64,000 nt of DNA from Hyphomicrobiales bacterium (GTDB lineage Bacteria; Pseudomonadota; Alphaproteobacteria; Rhizobiales; Beijerinckiaceae), in NCBI GenBank assembly GCA_028290405.1, contig JAQGJX010000089.1, positions 12 to 64,011 on the forward strand. The letters run 5' to 3'. This document shows, piece by piece, positions 48,496 to 58,705 of this stretch (its first letter is position 1; each line of letters begins with the position of its first letter). A program made the translations under genes and the position numbers. Below the pieces are notes generated by a model. It saw only the letters and a program-made list of their open reading frames with translations. It was not told the origin of the DNA and ran no database searches.

Positions 48496-49584
48496 TCAAC
48501 CATCCTCCTGGTGCAGCAGAACGAGCGTACCCAACATGCTTCCAACTATGGCTGGCGACCATGCGGCCACCGGCGCGCTTAAAAGACCTGCTCCGCCTAG
48601 ATCGCCCGCGAGCTTCGTCGCCACATAAAGCACGAAGCCCGCAGCCACGCCACCCGAAACCATCCGGCTGATCCCACCAAATCGGAAGAATCTTAAGGAA
48701 ACGCTCGCCGCAATGAAAACCATGGCGACCAATAGCAAAGGTCGTGCCAGAAGCGTCTGATATCGAAGCCGGTACCCGGTTGCGTCAAGCCCGGCCGATT
48801 CCGTTCGCCGGGTGACTTCCCGTAGGCTCCAGAAGGGCACGGAGGCGGGCGGAACGAACGATTGCGTGACCTGCTCGGGCGTCAGGTTCGTCGCCAGCGC
48901 ATAGGAACCGACCGAGAGCGGCTCGTCTTCGGGCGACACCACGCGCGCGTCCTCGAGCGTCCAGAATCCCGGCAGCAGCCGGGCCCGCGCGGCCTCCACC
49001 CGTTCCATGAAGCGGCCGTCCGGCTCGTACACGTAGGCCGTCACGCCCGACAGGACCGAGCCGCCGTCGCTCGACCGCTCGGCCCGGATGATCGCCTGTC
49101 CGTCCACGCTGCGCTGGCGGATCCACAGGCTGGTGTCCGCGTCCGCCCGGCTCGTGCGGCCGAAAATCCGCGTCTCGATGCCGTCGGCGCGCTGCTTCAG
49201 CGCCGCCGACAGGGGATTGTAGACCGTTGTCGCCAGCACCCCGATCAGCAGGACGATCATCACCGGAGGGGTGAGGAATTGCCAGACCGAGACGCCCGCG
49301 GCCCGCGCGATGACCAGTTCGAGACGGCGTGACAGGGCCACGAACGCGAACATCGACCCGCCCAGCACCGCGAACGGCAGGATCTGCTCGGAGATCGCCG
49401 GCACGCGCAGCAGGGTCAGGAACGCGATCGCCCCGGTGGACACGCCCGGCGCGTCGCCGGCGCGCCGGATCATCTCGACGAAATCGCCGATGAAGATGAT
49501 GGCGAACAGAACCGCGAAAACTGCCCCGATGGTGCGCAGGAAGCGGCCCGACAGATAGCGCCCGAGCGTGGAGAACAGCATCAT
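48496..49584 (-). CDS. lptG: LPS export ABC transporter permease LptG
   Basis: TLGRYL, LSRRLELVIARAAGVSVWQFL and LLHQEDG end; ATGA overlap with lptF. Confidence 0.92.
   Translation of the reverse strand: MMLFSTLGRYLSGRFLRTIGAVFAVLFAIIFIGDFVEMIRRAGDAPGVSTGAIAFLTLLRVPAISEQILPFAVLGGSMFAFVALSRRLELVIARAAGVSVWQFLTPPVMIVLLIGVLATTVYNPLSAALKQRADGIETRIFGRTSRADADTSLWIRQRSVDGQAIIRAERSSDGGSVLSGVTAYVYEPDGRFMERVEAARARLLPGFWTLEDARVVSPEDEPLSVGSYALATNLTPEQVTQSFVPPASVPFWSLREVTRRTESAGLDATGYRLRYQTLLARPLLLVAMVFIAASVSLRFFRFGGISRMVSGGVAAGFVLYVATKLAGDLGGAGLLSAPVAAWSPAIVGSMLGTLVLLHQEDG
48760..48789 (-). promoter_or_regulatory. Candidate internal promoter for lptD-surA-pdxA-rsmA (CTTGAC-N18-CGATAT) inside lptG
   Basis: Close to the rhizobial sigma70 consensus CTTGAC-N17-CTATAT and made with rare codons (CTT GAC GCA...CTT CGA TAT). 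Confidence 0.55.
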
Positions 49585-50723
49585 GCGCGGCCCGCCACCG
49601 GCGCCCCGCGCGTCAGCGCAGGCCCGCTGCGCCGCCACGGCGGGAAGATGTGCAGGAACGCCCCCAGCACGCCCGCCAGCGGCAACCCGTAGACCAGCAG
49701 CAAGGCGCCGGGCGCGCGGGTCGAAAGCCCGGAGACGCCGAAGCCCGCGATGCGCAGGGCCAGCATGACGGCCACCGCCGCCAGGATCGCCATGCCGCGG
49801 CCCTGCCGCGTGGTGCGCGGCTGACCCAGGGCGGCGAATCCGATGAGCGCGAAGGCCAGCACGTACAGCGGCCCCGCGAACCTGTCGTGCAACTCGGCCC
49901 GGTAGCGCCCGAAGTTCGCCGTCGTGGCCGGGTCGGCCGTGTTGCGGTCCAGCGCCATCAACTCCAGCGTGGTGCGCTCGCGCGGCTTCAGCGCGGCGCC
50001 TTCCCCTGAGCCGGCGAACTGGGCGAGGTCGAGCGCGTAGCGTTCGAACTGCACCATGGCCGGGTCGCGGTCGCCCTTGCTCTGGCGCTGCACGTAGCCC
50101 TTCTCGAGCACCAGGAAGTTGTTCTCGGCCTGCTCAATGGTGACTCCGGCCTCGGCGATGTAGGTGTTGATGCGCTCGGGGTCCCGCCTGTCCTGGATGA
50201 AGATGCCCAGCAGGGCGCCGCCGCCGCCGCGCTCGCGGTAGTGGAACACGAAGCCCTGGTCGAGCGTGACGAACTGCCCCTCGCGGACGATGAAGGTGAG
50301 GAAGTCCGCCCGCACCTTGCTGAGGATGTCGCGGATTTGCCGGAAGCTCGCCGGCATGGCCCACACGGACATGAGGCCGACCAGCAGCGTGACCACCAGC
50401 GCCAGAGCCAGAAACGGCTTGATGAGCCGCGCGGGGGAGAGCCCGGCGGCGCTCATCACCACCATCTCGCTGTCGCCATTGAGCTTGTTGAGCGTGTAGA
50501 GCACCGCCGCGAACAGCGCGATGGGCGCGATGATCGTCACCAGCGAGGGAATGGTCAGCCCGGTCACGGACAGGAAGAGCAGGATGGTCTGCCCCTTGCC
50601 GGTCATCAGGTCGACCTCGCGCAGCGCCTGCGACACCCAGACGATCGCCGTCAGGACGAACAGGCTGGCGACGAACGCCAGCAGCCCGGTCCTGAAGATA
50701 TAGCGTTCGAGGATGCCCATCAT
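49581..50723 (-). CDS. lptF: LPS export ABC transporter permease LptF
   Basis: [31 protein letters not shown] and GQPRTTRQ. Confidence 0.92.
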   Translation of the reverse strand: MMGILERYIFRTGLLAFVASLFVLTAIVWVSQALREVDLMTGKGQTILLFLSVTGLTIPSLVTIIAPIALFAAVLYTLNKLNGDSEMVVMSAAGLSPARLIKPFLALALVVTLLVGLMSVWAMPASFRQIRDILSKVRADFLTFIVREGQFVTLDQGFVFHYRERGGGGALLGIFIQDRRDPERINTYIAEAGVTIEQAENNFLVLEKGYVQRQSKGDRDPAMVQFERYALDLAQFAGSGEGAALKPRERTTLELMALDRNTADPATTANFGRYRAELHDRFAGPLYVLAFALIGFAALGQPRTTRQGRGMAILAAVAVMLALRIAGFGVSGLSTRAPGALLLVYGLPLAGVLGAFLHIFPPWRRSGPALTRGAPVAGRA

Positions 50724-50974
50724 TCGTATCTGTCGCGCTTGCGCCTGGAATCGTCCGGTTATACGCCGCCCCGCGCGGCCGCGCGACTGTGGCGCCAAAG
50801 CTTCGCCGCCCATGTTCCGGCGGCGGCGTGCGAATTGGCGCTTGTCATGTGGATTCGCCTCGCGGCGAATTGATGGCTGGCGCGTTCAGCTGCGCCGTCT
50901 CTATTGCTTATGCGGCGGGCGCTTCCCATGATGGCGCCGAACGCTCGCAGAATCGCGCCCCCAGAGGTCCGTTA

Positions 50975-52552
50975 ATGTCATCCAAGCTCTCGATCGATTT
51001 CGTCGCCGTGAAGGACGCGGGCGCAGGCAAGCCCGCCAAGGCCGCAAAGTCCGCCGGGAAGGCCGCCAGGAAAGCCGCGCCGGCGTCGCAGCCGCGCACG
51101 CTCGTGGTGTTCGCCGGCGCGGACGTGTCGTTCAGCGCCGCCGCGAGCGATCTTCTGGGAGACAGCGTCGAAACCATTCGCCGGGCCGCCGCCTCGGCGT
51201 CCTTCAAGGGCCGCGCCTCCTCGGTGCTGGAGCTGTGGGCGCCCGAGGGCGTGCCGGCCGACCGGCTGCTCGTCGTTGGCACCGCCCCCAAGCCGCCGCC
51301 GGCCAGCCCCGCGCCGACCGATCACGTGTCGCTGGGCGGCTACGTCATGGGCAAGCTCGGCGGCCGGGGCGAAGTCGTCATCCTGTTCGACCTGCCCGAA
51401 GCGCCCGAGCATCCCGCCCAGGCGGCCGCGGACCTGACGCTGGGCCTGCGCATGCGCGCCTACAAGTTCGAACGCTACAAGACTAAAAAGAGCGAGGATA
51501 ACGAGCCCGAGGGCGCGCTCGACGTGCGCGTCGCCATCGCGGACCCCGCCGCCGCCAGGCGCGAGGCGAAGTCCCGCGACGCCGTCGCGGAGGGCGTGAA
51601 CATCGCCCGCGACCTCGTCAACGAACCGCCGAACGTGCTCTATCCGGATGAATTCGCCAAGCGCGCCAAGGCGCTCGAAAAGCTGGGCGTCGAGGTGGAG
51701 ATCCTCGACGAAAAGGCGATGCAGAAGCTCGGCATGAACGCGCTCCTGGGCGTCGGGCAGGGCTCCGTCCACGACAGCCGCATGGTGGTGATGCGCTGGA
51801 ACGGCGCGAAGAATTCGAAGGCCCGGCCGGTGGCCTTCATCGGCAAGGGCGTCACCTTCGACACCGGCGGCATCTCCATCAAGCCCGCGGGCGGCATGGA
51901 GGACATGAAGGGCGACATGGCGGGCGCGGCGTGCGTCGTCGGCCTCATGCATGCGCTCGCCTCGCGCAAGGCGAAGGTCAACGTCATCGGCGCCATCGGC
52001 CTCGTCGAAAACATGCCCGACGGAAAAGCGCAGCGCCCCGGCGACATCGTGACCACCATGTCCGGCCAGACGGTCGAGATCATCAACACGGACGCCGAAG
52101 GCCGCCTCGTGCTCGCCGACGTGCTGTGGCGCATCCAGTCCGTCTACGAGCCCGAGTTCATGGTGAACCTCGCCACGCTGACGGGCGCGATCCTGGTGGC
52201 GCTGGGGTCCGACCATGCCGGCCTGTTCTCCAACGACGACACGCTGTCGGAGCGGCTGCTGCAATCGGGCAAGGACACGGGCGAAAAAGTCTGGCGCATG
52301 CCGCTCGGCCCCGCTTACGACAAGCTGCTGGAATCCAAGTTCGCCGACATGAAGAACGTCGGCGGGCGCCATGCGGGCTCCATCACGGCGGCGCAGTTCC
52401 TCCAGCGGTTCGTGAACAAGCGGCCCTGGGCGCATCTCGACATCGCCGGAACCGGCATGGCCTCGCCCACGACCGACATCAACCAGACGTGGGGCTCAGG
52501 ATGGGGCGTGCGCCTTCTCGACAGGCTCGTCGCCGACCATTACGAGTCGTGA
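50975..52552 (+). CDS. pepA: Leucyl aminopeptidase (M17)
   Basis: [19 protein letters not shown] and NTDAEGRL; start MSSKLS at 50975. Confidence 0.96.
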   Translation: MSSKLSIDFVAVKDAGAGKPAKAAKSAGKAARKAAPASQPRTLVVFAGADVSFSAAASDLLGDSVETIRRAAASASFKGRASSVLELWAPEGVPADRLLVVGTAPKPPPASPAPTDHVSLGGYVMGKLGGRGEVVILFDLPEAPEHPAQAAADLTLGLRMRAYKFERYKTKKSEDNEPEGALDVRVAIADPAAARREAKSRDAVAEGVNIARDLVNEPPNVLYPDEFAKRAKALEKLGVEVEILDEKAMQKLGMNALLGVGQGSVHDSRMVVMRWNGAKNSKARPVAFIGKGVTFDTGGISIKPAGGMEDMKGDMAGAACVVGLMHALASRKAKVNVIGAIGLVENMPDGKAQRPGDIVTTMSGQTVEIINTDAEGRLVLADVLWRIQSVYEPEFMVNLATLTGAILVALGSDHAGLFSNDDTLSERLLQSGKDTGEKVWRMPLGPAYDKLLESKFADMKNVGGRHAGSITAAQFLQRFVNKRPWAHLDIAGTGMASPTTDINQTWGSGWGVRLLDRLVADHYES

Positions 52553-52591
52553 CCCAAGGCCCGTTCCACCGCACCTCTGAAAGGACATCCG

Positions 52592-53137
52592 ATGCGCCCC
52601 GCGCGTTTCGCGGCCGTCATGGCATCCGTCATCGTCGCTTGCGCGGCCCTGTCGGCGCGCGCCCACGCGGCCACGACCTGCACGGCGTTCATGGAGACGT
52701 TCCTGCGCTCTGCGCCTGACATCAAGGCCCAGTTCGTCCGCACCGTCGTCGTGACGCGCGGGGCGGGGGACGGTTCGACGGAGGCGCGCGACCTGGTGTC
52801 CGACTTCAACGTCGACGCGCGCCTGTTCTGCAACGCGGGCCGCTTCCTGCGCTTCGAGGCGCAGGTCTCCGCCCGGGCGGATTCGAAGCTGCGGGAAGGC
52901 TTTTTCCTCATCCAGGAAGCAGCCGCCATGGCCGCGCTGCGCTGGCCCCGCGCCAGGGCCGCCCAGGCGTTGCACGCCATGACGGCGGAAACGTCCGAGT
53001 ACCTGCGCGGCTCGCTTGAACGCGGCGACGTCTACGTGTCCGGCAAGACCGAGCGCCATGCGGGCCGCGACGGCGACCTCGCGATGATGTGGACAGAGCG
53101 CGATCGCAGCTTCGTCGTGCTTGCAGCGAGCGAGTAG
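52592..53137 (+). CDS. Hypothetical secreted protein
   Basis: Sec signal peptide ending AHA-A, two Cys, AAGGA RBS; stop 6 nt before holC. Confidence 0.75.
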   Translation: MRPARFAAVMASVIVACAALSARAHAATTCTAFMETFLRSAPDIKAQFVRTVVVTRGAGDGSTEARDLVSDFNVDARLFCNAGRFLRFEAQVSARADSKLREGFFLIQEAAAMAALRWPRARAAQALHAMTAETSEYLRGSLERGDVYVSGKTERHAGRDGDLAMMWTERDRSFVVLAASE

Positions 53138-53143
53138 CAGGAC

Positions 53144-53608
53144 ATGCCGGAAATCTGGTTTTATCACCTTGTGGGGCGCAAGCTCGAAAGCGTGCTGCCG
53201 ACGCTGCTCGAGAAGGCGCTCGAACGCGAGTGGAACGTCGTCGTGCAGTTCACGTCCGACGAACGGCTCGCCGCCATGGACGAGCACCTCTACACGTGGT
53301 CCGACGAGAGCTTCCTGCCGCACGGCTCCGCGCGCGACGGCGACGCCGAGGAGCAGCCCATCTGGCTGACGCTGGGCGACGACAATCCCAACGGCGCCAA
53401 GCTGCGCATCTGCGTCGACGGGGCCCGCGCCGAGGACGCCGCCAAGGCGAGCGGCGACATGTACGACCGCATCATCCTGATCTTCGACGGCGGCGACGAG
53501 GCCGTGCTGCTGGATTCCCGTGCGCAATGGAAAGCCCTTAAGGCGGCGGGTTATGCGCTGTCCTACTACCAGCAGAACGAGAACGGCGGCTGGGACAAGA
53601 AGGCCTGA
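53144..53608 (+). CDS. holC: DNA polymerase III subunit chi
   Basis: EIWFYHL, LLEKAL, LYTWSDESFLPHG, RIILIFDG and RAQWKAL. Confidence 0.93.
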   Translation: MPEIWFYHLVGRKLESVLPTLLEKALEREWNVVVQFTSDERLAAMDEHLYTWSDESFLPHGSARDGDAEEQPIWLTLGDDNPNGAKLRICVDGARAEDAAKASGDMYDRIILIFDGGDEAVLLDSRAQWKALKAAGYALSYYQQNENGGWDKKA

Positions 53609-53626
53609 GAGCCTGAGGATACGCAT

Positions 53627-54817
53627 GTGAGTACAGTATCGGCGTCCCGGCGGGACGCGCAGGCCTTCGCGGCCGGCTTCATCGACGCCCGCGCGCGCTA
53701 CGAGTTCTTCGCCATGTGCGCGGCGGGGTTCCTGTTTTCCGTCACGCACAATTACTCGGCGTTGTTCGCCATCGTGTTCGAGCGGGCGGGGCACTCGCTG
53801 GCGGAAATCGGCCTGCTGCTCTCGCTGTTCGCCATCCCGGCCATCGCGGCGGCGCTGCTGTCCAGCGCGGCGGTGGCGCGTTTCGGGGCCCTGCGCACCG
53901 CGCGCTGGTCCATCCTGCTGACCCTTGTGGGCGTGGGTTCGCTGGCGTTCACGCGCGATCATTTCTTGCCTGCGCTGCTGTCGCGCATCGTGCAGGCGGC
54001 GGGGGTCGGCATGTTCCTGCCCGCCGGCATGGTTTACATCCAGAGCCGCATCACGCGCGCCAACTTCGTCTATTTCGTCACCGTGTTTTCAGCCGGCATT
54101 CCGCTTGCCGCCGCCGTCGCGCCGCCGCTGGGCGCATGGACGCTGGAGCGCTTCGGCGCCACGGCGTTGTTTCTCGAAGCCGCTGCGCCGGCGGCGTTGG
54201 GCATCGCGCTGACCTATGGCTTGCGCGTGCTGCCGAGCGCCGGCGCGGCCTCGGGCCTTGCGCTGTCGGGCGCGTTTCGCAATGCGTTCATCCTGCCTTA
54301 TGCGGCGGTGCTGATGGGCGGCGCGCTGTACGGCTTTTCGGTGAGCTATCTGGCGGCGGACCTGCACGGGCGGGCCATCGCGCTGGCGGCGTTCTTCGTG
54401 CCCTCGTCCATCGCCATGGTGGCGGTGCGCTTCGTGGGCATGCGCTGGATGGCGAAATTGCGCCCGCCGCTGCTGGTGGCCGCGAGCCTGCTGATCTACG
54501 GGCTGGCTTTCGTGCTGATCGCCGTTGCGCGCGAGCCCATCGTGATGGCGGCCGGGGGCGTCGCGTTCGGCCTTGGCAACAGCATCATGTTCCCGGTGGT
54601 GTCCGCGTGGCTCGGCGAAGGCCTCAGCCCGGCCGAGCGCGCGGGCCCCCAGGCCGTGGGCACCGCGAGCTTCTATTTCGGCATCTACGCCATTCCGCTG
54701 CCGCAGACGTTCATGATCGGCGCGTGGGGATTCTTCGCCACCGAGATCATTTTCGCCATCGCCGCCGTGGCGATGGCCGCCACCGTGGTGGCGCTGGCGC
54801 GGCGCCCGTCAGCCTAG
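53627..54817 (+). CDS. MFS transporter
   Basis: About 12 hydrophobic segments; AVARFGALR and SRIVQAAGVG motifs. Confidence 0.85.
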   Translation: MSTVSASRRDAQAFAAGFIDARARYEFFAMCAAGFLFSVTHNYSALFAIVFERAGHSLAEIGLLLSLFAIPAIAAALLSSAAVARFGALRTARWSILLTLVGVGSLAFTRDHFLPALLSRIVQAAGVGMFLPAGMVYIQSRITRANFVYFVTVFSAGIPLAAAVAPPLGAWTLERFGATALFLEAAAPAALGIALTYGLRVLPSAGAASGLALSGAFRNAFILPYAAVLMGGALYGFSVSYLAADLHGRAIALAAFFVPSSIAMVAVRFVGMRWMAKLRPPLLVAASLLIYGLAFVLIAVAREPIVMAAGGVAFGLGNSIMFPVVSAWLGEGLSPAERAGPQAVGTASFYFGIYAIPLPQTFMIGAWGFFATEIIFAIAAVAMAATVVALARRPSA

Positions 54818-54827
54818 CTTTGGCGTT

Positions 54828-56918
54828 TTAGCCGGTCCTGCGCCGCATCCAGACGTGGTTGTCATGGAACGCCGCGCCGCCGAACGGGGCGGGCGAATCC
54901 GCGCCCGTGAGCGTGTTGACGCCGCGTCCGTCCTCGAACGCGTCGTTGGGCCAGATGCCTTCGGACACCAGCACGCCGCGCTGCACGCCCTCGAACAGCT
55001 TCGCGTGCAGGCGCACCTCGCCGCGTGCGTTGCCCAGGATCACCCGGTCGCCGTCCTCGACGCCGAGCCGCGCCGCGTCCGCAGGATGCACCAGCACGCA
55101 GGGGCGCCCCTCGCGGGCCCGCGACGAGGGCGTTTCGTTGAACGATGAGTTGAGGAACGAGCGCGCCGGGGAGGTCGCGAGCCGGAACGGATGCGCCTCG
55201 TCGGCCTCCTCAAGGACGTTCCAGTGGTCGGGCAGGCTCGGCATGTCGCGCCAGGGTCCCGACAACTGCCCCTTGAACGGCGTCTGCGCCCAGTCCGCCC
55301 GGAACCGGTACTTGCCGTCCGGCCACGCGAATCCGTCGAGGAAATGCGCGGTGCGGAAGTCCACCTGCACGTCGCGCCAGTTCGCCCTCGCGAGTTCGTC
55401 GTAAGTGCCAAAGCCGATCTCGCGCAGCGTCGTGTCGATCAGCGCCCGCGGGCTCATCTCGAATCCGGGATGGCGCGCGCCCACGCGCGGCGCGAGTTCG
55501 CAGATCACCTCATGGTTGCTGCGGCATTCGCCGGGCGGCTCGACGAGCTTTTGCGCCAGCTCCACATAGGAATGGCCGCCGCCCGTGTAGACGTCGTCAT
55601 GCTCGAGGAACATGGTCGCGGGCAGCACGATGTCGGCCATGCGCGCCGTCTCGGTCATGAACTGCTCGTGCACGACCGTGAACAGGTCCTCGCGCGCAAA
55701 GCCCCGCCGCACACGCGTCTGGTCCGGCGCCACCGACATCGGGTTGGTGTTCTGGATCAGCATGGCGTGAACCTGAGGCCCGCCCTGCAACGCCTCCGCG
55801 TCGCCGCACAGCACGGCGCCGACGCGCGACTGGTCGAGCGCGCGAACGCTCGGGTCCATCACGTCCGAGCCGTCGATCATCGGCTGGCGCCACTTGTAAA
55901 TAGCGCCATTGTTGTGGAACGCGCCGCCCCCCTCATGCCGCCATGCGCCCGTCACCGCCGCGATGCTGGTGGCGGCGTGCATGTTGACCGAGCCGTTGCG
56001 CTGGCGCGAGAAGCCATAGCCCAGGCGGAAGAACGTGCGCTTGGTGTTTCCAACGAGATGCGCGAACGCCTCGATGTCCGAGACGGAAAGCCCTGTGACG
56101 CCGGCCGCCCATTCGGGCGTGCGCGTCGCCAGGTGCGCCTCAAGTTCATGCGGCGCGTCTGTGTATTTTTCCAGATAATCCCAGTCCGCCAGCCCGTCGC
56201 GAAACAGCACATGCATGACCGCGCAGGCGAGAGCGCCGTCGGTTCCCGGCCGCAAGCACAGGGCCATGTCGGCCTGCTTCATGGTGTCGTTGCGATAGAT
56301 GTCGATGACGACGAGCTTGGCGCCGCGCTCCTTGCGGGCCCGCAGCGCGTGGGTCATCACGTTCACCTGCGTGGCGACGGCGTTCGTGCCCCATATGACG
56401 ACGCAGTCCGATTGCGCCATCTCGCGCGGATCAGGCCCCGCGAGGCGCCCCGTGCCGGCGATAAAGCCCGGCCAGGCGAGGTTGATGCAGATGGTGCCGT
56501 TGTGGCGCGAGTATTTCTTGGCGTGCGCCAGACGGTTGATCCCGTCGCGCATGACCTTGCCCATCGTGCCCGCGTAATAGTTCAGCCACACGCTCTGGGC
56601 GCCGTGGACGCGCTCCGCGTCGAGAAACCGGCGCGCGATCTCCTCGAACGCCTCGTCCCACGCAATGCGTTCGAACGCCCCGGAGCCCTTGGGGCCGGTG
56701 CGCCGCAGCGGATGCAGCAGCCGGTCTGGATGGTGGATGCGCTCGGAATAGCGCGCGACCTTGGCGCATACGACGCCGGCCGTGTAGCTCTGGTCCTGCG
56801 CGCCATGGATGCGCCCGATGGTCCGGCCGTCGATCACCTCCACGTCCAGCGCGCAGGCCGACGGGCAATCGTGCGGGCACACGGAGGGGCGATGTTCGAT
56901 GCGGGGCGCGACGGTCAT
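54828..56918 (-). CDS. Cytoplasmic molybdopterin-dependent oxidoreductase (DMSO reductase superfamily, unknown substrate)
   Basis: CPHDCPSAC..VCAKV Fe-S motif, RLLHPLRRTG, IAWDEA, DIVLPAT..E and a C-terminal molydopterin-binding domain; no Tat signal. Confidence 0.9.
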   Translation of the reverse strand: MTVAPRIEHRPSVCPHDCPSACALDVEVIDGRTIGRIHGAQDQSYTAGVVCAKVARYSERIHHPDRLLHPLRRTGPKGSGAFERIAWDEAFEEIARRFLDAERVHGAQSVWLNYYAGTMGKVMRDGINRLAHAKKYSRHNGTICINLAWPGFIAGTGRLAGPDPREMAQSDCVVIWGTNAVATQVNVMTHALRARKERGAKLVVIDIYRNDTMKQADMALCLRPGTDGALACAVMHVLFRDGLADWDYLEKYTDAPHELEAHLATRTPEWAAGVTGLSVSDIEAFAHLVGNTKRTFFRLGYGFSRQRNGSVNMHAATSIAAVTGAWRHEGGGAFHNNGAIYKWRQPMIDGSDVMDPSVRALDQSRVGAVLCGDAEALQGGPQVHAMLIQNTNPMSVAPDQTRVRRGFAREDLFTVVHEQFMTETARMADIVLPATMFLEHDDVYTGGGHSYVELAQKLVEPPGECRSNHEVICELAPRVGARHPGFEMSPRALIDTTLREIGFGTYDELARANWRDVQVDFRTAHFLDGFAWPDGKYRFRADWAQTPFKGQLSGPWRDMPSLPDHWNVLEEADEAHPFRLATSPARSFLNSSFNETPSSRAREGRPCVLVHPADAARLGVEDGDRVILGNARGEVRLHAKLFEGVQRGVLVSEGIWPNDAFEDGRGVNTLTGADSPAPFGGAAFHDNHVWMRRRTG

Positions 56919-56983
56919 AAAAAATCTCCGCTCGCATCATGGCGAGCGGAGACGAAAGAGCAACCCGTAAAGGCGTAGGGCGA

Positions 56984-57406
56984 TCAGCCGACGATTTCGT
57001 TGCCGGCGAACCACTGGGCGATTTCGATCGCGGCGGTCTCGGGGGCGTCGGAGCCATGGGCGGAGTTTTCGCCGACCGAGAGGGCGAATTCCTTGCGGAT
57101 CGTGCCCGCGTCGGCGTTCGCCGGGTTGGTGGCGCCCATCACGTCGCGATAGGTCTTGATGGCGTTCTCGCCTTCCAGAACCTGCACGACCACGGGGCCG
57201 GCGGTCATCGTCTCGACCAGTTCGCCAAAGAAGGGACGCTCGCGGTGCACGCCGTAGAACGTCTCGGCCTGCTCGCGGGTCATGCGCACGCGCTTCTGGG
57301 CGACGATGCGCAGGCCGGCCTTCTCGATCACGGCGTTGATCGCGCCGGTGAGGTTGCGGCGGGTCGCGTCGGGCTTGATGATGGAGAAAGTGCGTTCGAT
57401 CGCCAT
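56984..57406 (-). CDS. ndk: Nucleoside diphosphate kinase
   Basis: [32 protein letters not shown] and NSAHGSD. Confidence 0.97.
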   Translation of the reverse strand: MAIERTFSIIKPDATRRNLTGAINAVIEKAGLRIVAQKRVRMTREQAETFYGVHRERPFFGELVETMTAGPVVVQVLEGENAIKTYRDVMGATNPANADAGTIRKEFALSVGENSAHGSDAPETAAIEIAQWFAGNEIVG

Positions 57407-57532
57407 GGCGTTGAATCTCGTAGCTGCTGGGGTGAAGAGAGGGGCGCTTATAGCTGCGGCTGCTGCGGCGCACAAGGCGGCCTTGAGCGAGAGGCGTCCG
57501 GCGCCCGGCCGCCTGCGTCATTGTCTGCGCCT

Positions 57533-57566
57533 ATTGAACCACGCTATATTGATCGTCCCCAACGAT
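57533..57566. promoter_or_regulatory. Candidate OxyR autoregulatory site (ATTG-N7-CTAT and ATCG-N7-CGAT)
   Basis: Two LysR T-N11-A type dyads ending 10 nt before the oxyR ATG. Confidence 0.5.
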
Positions 57567-57576
57567 CAGGCGCGCC

Positions 57577-58494
57577 ATGAACCTGCGAGACCTCCAGTAC
57601 ATCATCGCCGTCGCCGAGCATGGCCACTTCGGCCATGCGGCCACTGCCTGCAACATCAGCCAGCCGACGTTGAGCGGGCAGATTTCCAAGCTCGAGCAGG
57701 AGCTTGGCGTGGACATCTTCCACCGCGTCGGCCGCGGCGTCCGCCTGACGGAGGCGGGGGAGCAGATCGTCGCCCACGCCCGCCGCGCCGTGTCGGCCTC
57801 CCAGGACATCGTCGAGACCGCCCGCGCCAACCGCGATCCGCTCAGCGGGCGGCTGCGGCTGGGTGTCATCCCCACCATCGCTCCGTATCTCATGCCCTAC
57901 GTGCTGCCGCTGGCGGCCGAGAAGCTGCCCGATGCGCCGCTGGTGCTGGTGGAGGACATGACGGCGCATCTGGTGCCGCTGGTGGCGGAGGGCAAGCTCG
58001 ACGCCGCGCTCATCGCCACCCAGGAGGACAATCCCGAGATCGCCTCCATCGATCTTTACGACGAGCCCTTCTGGGTGGCGTTGCCCGCCAACCATGCGCT
58101 GTGCGCCCGCAAGGAGATCGCGGCCAGCGAGATCGACCCCAAGGCGCTGCTGCTGCTGACGGACGGCCATTGCCTGCGCGACCAGGCGGTGGACCTTTGC
58201 AACCATCCGCAGATCGGCGAGGGCGTGATGGCGGACATGCGCGCCACGAGCCTCGAAACGCTGCTGCACCTGGTGGCCGCCGGCCACGGCGTCACCCTGC
58301 TGCCGCAGCTGGCGGTGGAATGCGGCAGGGCGGAGACGGACCGGCTGGCGACGCGGCCGTTGGCGGGCGCCCACGCGTCGCGCCGCGTGCGCCTCATCCA
58401 CCGCCGCCGCAGCCCGCGCGCCAAGGCGCTCATCGAGCTGGCGCGCATCATCCGCGCGTCCCTGCCGGCGAGCGTGCGCACCCTGAAATCCTGA
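57577..58494 (+). CDS. oxyR: Hydrogen peroxide-inducible LysR regulator OxyR
   Basis: LysR HTH, GVIPTIAPYL, the redox cysteine pair GHCLRDQAVDLC (C-x8-C) and RATSLETL. Confidence 0.92.
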   Translation: MNLRDLQYIIAVAEHGHFGHAATACNISQPTLSGQISKLEQELGVDIFHRVGRGVRLTEAGEQIVAHARRAVSASQDIVETARANRDPLSGRLRLGVIPTIAPYLMPYVLPLAAEKLPDAPLVLVEDMTAHLVPLVAEGKLDAALIATQEDNPEIASIDLYDEPFWVALPANHALCARKEIAASEIDPKALLLLTDGHCLRDQAVDLCNHPQIGEGVMADMRATSLETLLHLVAAGHGVTLLPQLAVECGRAETDRLATRPLAGAHASRRVRLIHRRRSPRAKALIELARIIRASLPASVRTLKS

Positions 58495-58500
58495 TGCATC

Positions 58501-58537
58501 ATCGGGCATCCCTATGGGTTTCATCGGGCGCGTCGAT
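58501..58537. promoter_or_regulatory. OxyR operator ATCG-N7-CTAT-N7-ATCG-N7-CGAT
   Basis: Exact 4 x (4+7) spacing of the ATAG-N7-CTAT-N7-ATAG-N7-CTAT consensus, upstream of rubrerythrin. Confidence 0.75.
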
Positions 58538-58555
58538 CACCGGGCGCGCATTGAT

Positions 58556-58569
58556 TTGAATTAGATCAA
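58556..58569. promoter_or_regulatory. FixK/FNR box TTGA-N6-TCAA
   Basis: TTGA attaga TCAA; a perfect TTGACA follows at 58598-58603. Confidence 0.6.
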
Positions 58570-58705
58570 AAACAAACTGGGCCGCACTGCGCCCGCATTG
58601 ACAAAGCGTGGCCGGGATCATCTCTAAGTTGCGAACGCCCAGTGGTCCGACCCGGCCCGGGACGCGTACCTTGAGCGTTGCAACGATCTTTTCAGGAGGT
58701 GAGCC

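Noticed and set aside
48278-48628. Antisense ORF as the cause of the lptG codon anomaly
   Set aside because: It covers only part of the anomalous zone and has low-complexity composition; the other plus-strand frames I translated hit stops.
58554-58570. Irr iron-control element upstream of rubrerythrin
   Set aside because: About five mismatches to [17 protein letters not shown]; the FixK/FNR reading fits exactly.
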